20,000 nt of DNA from Paraglomus brasilianum (lineage: Eukaryota). The stretch covers positions 44,309 through 64,308 of the forward strand of contig CAJVPI010000055.1 in assembly GCA_910592345.1 (NCBI GenBank), read 5' to 3'. A model generated the notes under the pieces. The model had not been told where the DNA came from. It ran no database searches and worked only from the letters and a program-made list of their open reading frames with translations. Below, one piece after another: positions 16,035 to 20,000 of the stretch (positions are counted from its first letter, which is position 1; every line of letters begins with the position of its first letter). The translations under genes were made by a program, and so were the position numbers.

Positions 16035-17640
16035 AAAAAAAATTTTCAATCTCCTTTCTTCCTTGCGCAATTTTGGTGATTCATTATCCACGATCTCACT
16101 TAGGCCAAAATCAATAAAGTAGAAATGGCGACTTTTTGGCTTGCATAGAATATTTTCTCAGAAATATCGTTGTGTAAGACGCCAAAATTATGCATTGACT
16201 TGAGTTGATTGACTATTAATATCTTTTAGTGAGTTTTGTCGGATCAACATTATAGGCGTCCTTAATTATTATAGAGTAAACGTGGAACAGTATGACCTAA
16301 TATCAATATAGTTAATAATATCGGGAATGAAAAAACAACAACAACAACTGTACCTTGACGTTCTTTCAAAATAGAATAAATACGACCTCATGTTTTAGCA
16401 TTTTCGTCGTTTCTTGCTCATTATACGCATCGCAGGTCTTCCATGTCACGGATTGACCATCATAATTTCCAAAGGTTCCACCATCTATGTATTCACCTGT
16501 TGTAGTGATTCCTTTGGAAGATGATGCAGTCACTCTCTTTTTGCTACTGATCCGTTTCGAAGAACTCTTCCTCTTCTTTGAACTGTAATTATCAGAAGGA
16601 ACATGATCACCAACCATCAGAGCCATTATCAGGAAGTTGGATTGGTACTATCAGGATAAACAACACGAGAAACATATAAGCTGGTCGGTTCATTTTCCAG
16701 TCGTTTGAAAAAGTATGTATCAGAATAGTTTGTCAAAATGCCGAAGTGAAGCCATTTGGCCAAACATCTGAGATAAAATCCTTTTTAAATTTTGATCCGC
16801 TATTTGAACCTGGTCAGCATATCGATAAACTTCCCAGAGGTTATCATTATGACTACCTAACTTCAAATTGTGACGCGTTTTAATCTCCACTGGCATCTTG
16901 GCCACGGTAGGATTATTAGTACAGTCAACCCTCTCTATAGTCACGCTGTCGGGAACAATGCAACTTTTGTTGAAAATGTGCTTATGAAGAGGTTGTGACT
17001 ATATAGAGGGTTTTTTCTATAAGTTCAATAGTAATTGGTTCTCAAACATGGCGTGCTTATAAAGAGGTTTTTATATGATGTGCTTATAGAGGGGGTGACT
17101 ATAAAGAGGGTTGACTGTACATAAAATGGCATCGGGAACACCCAAACATCTCGGACGAAATGTTGCACCTCCTAGTAGTGTTCTAATTGGCCATAAACAT
17201 TAGAATAAAAACGAATTTTTGCATCGTCCATTAATTTTTCGTTGTCATGGCTGTTTTTCTTGTCTTGTATTAAATAGTTTTATTTATATTGCTTTATGGT
17301 GTGGGTTAGACTTTGTGCATCGGTTGGACGAAGAAACGCCACTCTCCCACAATTTGTGGAGTAAGATACTACAGTTGAATATTAGTCGAATATGGAGCTT
17401 CCCATATGCAAACTGGGAGAACTTGACTTAGTGATTGGGTCACCTTCAGTGTTTTTTGAAAAGAGGGCTATTAGATTCAGATTCGCGTACTGATTCACGT
17501 CATATAGCGTTTCATAAGAAATTCTCCGATTCTAAAAATTGAGTCGATTACTGCAAGTAACTTTAGAGTGAACGAATAACTTTTCCCGTTCAGGATTCCT
17601 GAAGGCCTCACTAGCTTCACTAGCTCTTACGAAATGCAAG
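16035..17640 (-). pseudogene. degenerate PD-(D/E)xK nuclease-like + protein kinase-like gene (Crinkler/CR-effector-type architecture)
   Basis: Fragments across frameshifts and stops: PQIVGEWRFF; LGVPDAILC|MITE|TNNPTVAKMPVEIK; ILSQMFG; LHFGILTNYSDTYFFKR; YIDGGTFG...WKTCD...MLKHEV; HNFGVLHNDISE/NIL...FYFIDFGLS. The 5' boundary is approximate. Confidence 0.7.
16922..17117. mobile_element. pogo-like MITE C, 196 bp
   Basis: TA (16920-21) + CAGTCAACCCTCTCTATAGTCAC ... GTGACTATAAAGAGGGTTGACTG + TA (17118-19): 23-bp TIR with 1 mismatch. Internal GTG(CT/AC)TAT repeats at 16978, 16995, 17053 and 17080. Confidence 0.93.
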
Positions 17641-17877
17641 CAACATAATTTTCGGTGGGGCTTCACTAAATTTATTTTTGATATTGCATTTCTCGTACAA
17701 ATATAACTATCAATTTTTCTATGCAGAATATCGGTAATTGATTGGGTTGGGACAAAGATGAGTTATTGTTGGGATAATGCGTTAGTATAGACAGTCGAAA
17801 TTTCTGCAGGCATTAATATAGAACCATCGCGTAGCAAATCTATGTATCATTGTTTCCTGTATCAACAAACATTCGAA

Positions 17878-17976
17878 ACAAAGTCATACATGTGATTTCT
17901 ACGAATGCCGTCATAACTCGTGTACAAAGTCATACATGTGATTTCTACGAATGCCATCAGTAACCCGTGCACAAAG
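17878..17976. repeat. tandem duplication, 46-47 bp x ~2.1
   Basis: ACAAAGTCATACATGTGATTTCTACGAATGCC... starts at 17878 and 17924; partial third copy ACAAAG at 17971. Confidence 0.9.
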
Positions 17977-18205
17977 CACTTGAACATTGCATTGCTTTTG
18001 TTTCATCAGACTCCTTTTTTGCCTCCCTCAATAGCTCTCTTGTTCCTTTAGTAGTCGCCATTATTTTCCGCTTATGTTAGTGTGAGAAGAAGTGTTTGCA
18101 CATTATTATGCTAAAATACCACACCACATAATACCGAGGCCAATAATTGATGCGTTGACGAACGGACTGTAAAATCAATTTACACCGCAAGCACTTGGTG
18201 TCTTT

Positions 18206-18206
<1 letters not shown>

Positions 18207-18244
<38 letters not shown>

Positions 18245-18311
18245 GCTGCTGCTGCTGCTGCTGCTCTGTTGTTGCTGTTGCTGTTATTGTTGTTTGTTTG
18301 TTTGTTTGTTT
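18207..18311. repeat. compound microsatellite (TTG)n(CTG)n...(TTTG)n
   Basis: Directly visible. The overlapping poly-Leu/Cys ORF has no support as a gene. Confidence 0.9.
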
Positions 18312-18849
18312 ATATTTTCTAGAGCGATCGCAGTCTATCATAAAATAATAAAATTAGACATGCAAAATATTGAACATCTACCACACGCAATTACAATATC
18401 AATATCGTCTGTTACTATTGTCATAGTGAATCAAACTCTTGTTAATATGCCTTTCTCACCATCATACGGTACCGGTACGATTATTATGTCGAACACGATC
18501 TTGCTGTGACCGAGTTGGTTCCAAGAAAAGGCATCAATCGACTTCAATCTATCAAGATCGGGAGTGACGATCGATGTATATGTGCACATGGATTTCTACG
18601 GCACAGCGTCAGGTATCGTGACGCGACTGAACCATTAACCGTTGAGACCATACCTGTTCACTGTCACGTCACTGTCCCATGACGAATCTATATTATCATC
18701 CCCTCCCTCGCACACGAGATTCACTTTCTATCAATTATACTATTCAGTCCCACTATCAGTGATGTTATACGTGAGTTTCACATGATCCGCGCTCAAACTC
18801 CGCTCTAACCAGTTATCAGTTTAAAAAAAAAAACAACGTTCGCCTAAGC

Positions 18850-20000
18850 ACTCTCACTCACCCTTGAACTTTTTTTCCCCCCAGCCGTATTTCGTTATCG
18901 CTTCTTTGTTCTTTGTCCTCCTCCCCCATAAGTATACAACGACGTCATTTGCTGTCCAAGAAATATATGTTCACTGCCTGAATTTCATTGCTCACATAGT
19001 GCACCAGTCCGTTTGATCCCGGTAATGCTGGGCCAAATATGTAGATTTTTAGCAACTATGAAGTCGCTTCTGCGGTATAAATGTAAGTAGGTTGGTACGG
19101 TTTATGGTTGTTATGATAATTGATTGGATATTAATATGTTGGGATGTGGTATATTGGTGTGGTTGTAGTTGGTCGGTACTTTTGCGATTACGATGCGGCG
19201 ACGCTAACATATAACGGACAGCTTCAACGGATAGCTAGCTTTTAATACAGAGGCTTGCAGACTTAGTTCGATGGTTCGTGCGGCCGCGACGTTCTTCGTC
19301 TATGCTCGTGCATGACTATCGCTCGGAACTTTTTATTCACAACGGGTTGCATATGGGCAGCGAGAGATATACTGTATGGGAGTTGTCACGTGAGCAAAAA
19401 AAGTCTGCATGCAGACGGCAAGGGGATCGCACTACAGCATTACAAGCATCAAAGGCAGCACAGTGGCAGGTTGTTTACCATATTTGAGAATTGAGCAAGA
19501 TTACGCAACGATGGGAGAGAATGGAACCGCGAAGGACCGCGCGAAAGAATTTCATGAAGTGTTGAAGAAAGTAAGAGTAGAGCATAGTTGAGTGTGTAGT
19601 AAGATTAGTAATCGTATGAATAAGTTGATAGACAGTCTTTTTAATGATGAATGCTTTCTCTTTCATATTAAATATGTGCTAAGTATTTTTTTTTTTGTTT
19701 GAATCGATTATTTTGACCGCATCAGACGGTTGTAGTCAGTTCATATTTGCAAAAATGACTTTGGCACTTTCAATCGCACCTTGGCAATGAGAATCAAATG
19801 TCTGTAGACCGAGCGGGTATCCATTCTCGAATGGCAGCTTGGATGCGACGTTTGAAGACATCGTTGATAAACATCCGCAACATCGCCGATGGTGGGCGAG
19901 TGATCTGCGGCATGATAAGACATTGTGTATGCGTACCTGATGGGTAATGCTAACATCTCGACAAAATAGTGAATAAGCTGGGGAAAAGCAGTCTTTCTTT
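18850..20000 (+). other. putative spliced transcript without a long ORF (lncRNA or uORF-rich 5' leader of a downstream gene)
   Basis: CT-rich TSS-like tract ~18850-18930. Intron-like 19083-19221 (GTAAGT...GCTAAC...CAG) and 19571-19725 (GTAAGA...T-tract...CAG). All frames close shortly after each acceptor. Confidence 0.35.

Noticed and set aside
17878..17976. CRISPR-like repeat-spacer pattern
   Set aside because: Two copies with related 'spacers' in a eukaryotic context with no cas genes; a simple tandem duplication.
18195..18509. 104-aa ORF with poly-Leu/Cys resembling a signal peptide
   Set aside because: Starts at TTG, is generated by a microsatellite and has no recognisable domain.
14627..18889. 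4.2-kb element bounded by the 14627 TIR-like sequence and 18868-18889
   Set aside because: The right-hand match is low-complexity T/C sequence with several mismatches, and there is no transposase inside.
19008..19040. TPP-riboswitch-like P4/P5 hairpin (TTTGATCCCGGTAATGCTGGG)
   Set aside because: Lacks the upstream CTGAGA and the conserved GCG after P5.
19726..19947. Stop readthrough, selenocysteine or antizyme-type frameshift at AAA TGA CTT
   Set aside because: The downstream peptide is unrecognisable, and no SECIS or antizyme motif is seen.

Overview
AT-rich, intron-containing eukaryotic DNA, most likely an early-diverging fungus (Mucoromycota, probably Glomeromycotina; inferred from protein similarity and intron style). 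Manual splicing gives five intact genes: an Ett1/Nro1-like TPR protein with an acidic tail (+, 1669-3670), profilin (-, 3942-4920), TRAPPC2L (+, 5100-5922), a Wee1/Swe1 kinase (-, 6445-8584) and a full-length MadBub (Bub1/Mad3) kinase with a 171-codon polyQ/H region (+, 9889-14234). The window also holds three different pogo-like MITEs (9425-9606, 15675-15884, 16922-17117), a decayed PD-(D/E)xK nuclease + kinase gene whose catalytic motif is split by one MITE, a frameshifted gene end at the left edge, a candidate U30/SNORD30-like C/D snoRNA (1319-1387) and a putatively spliced transcript with no long ORF at the right edge. I found no clearly novel biological system. The best leads are the snoRNA candidate, the head-to-head Wee1/MadBub pair with MCB boxes, the MadBub polyQ array and the MITE-interrupted nuclease-kinase. 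All calls were made by eye without database searches.
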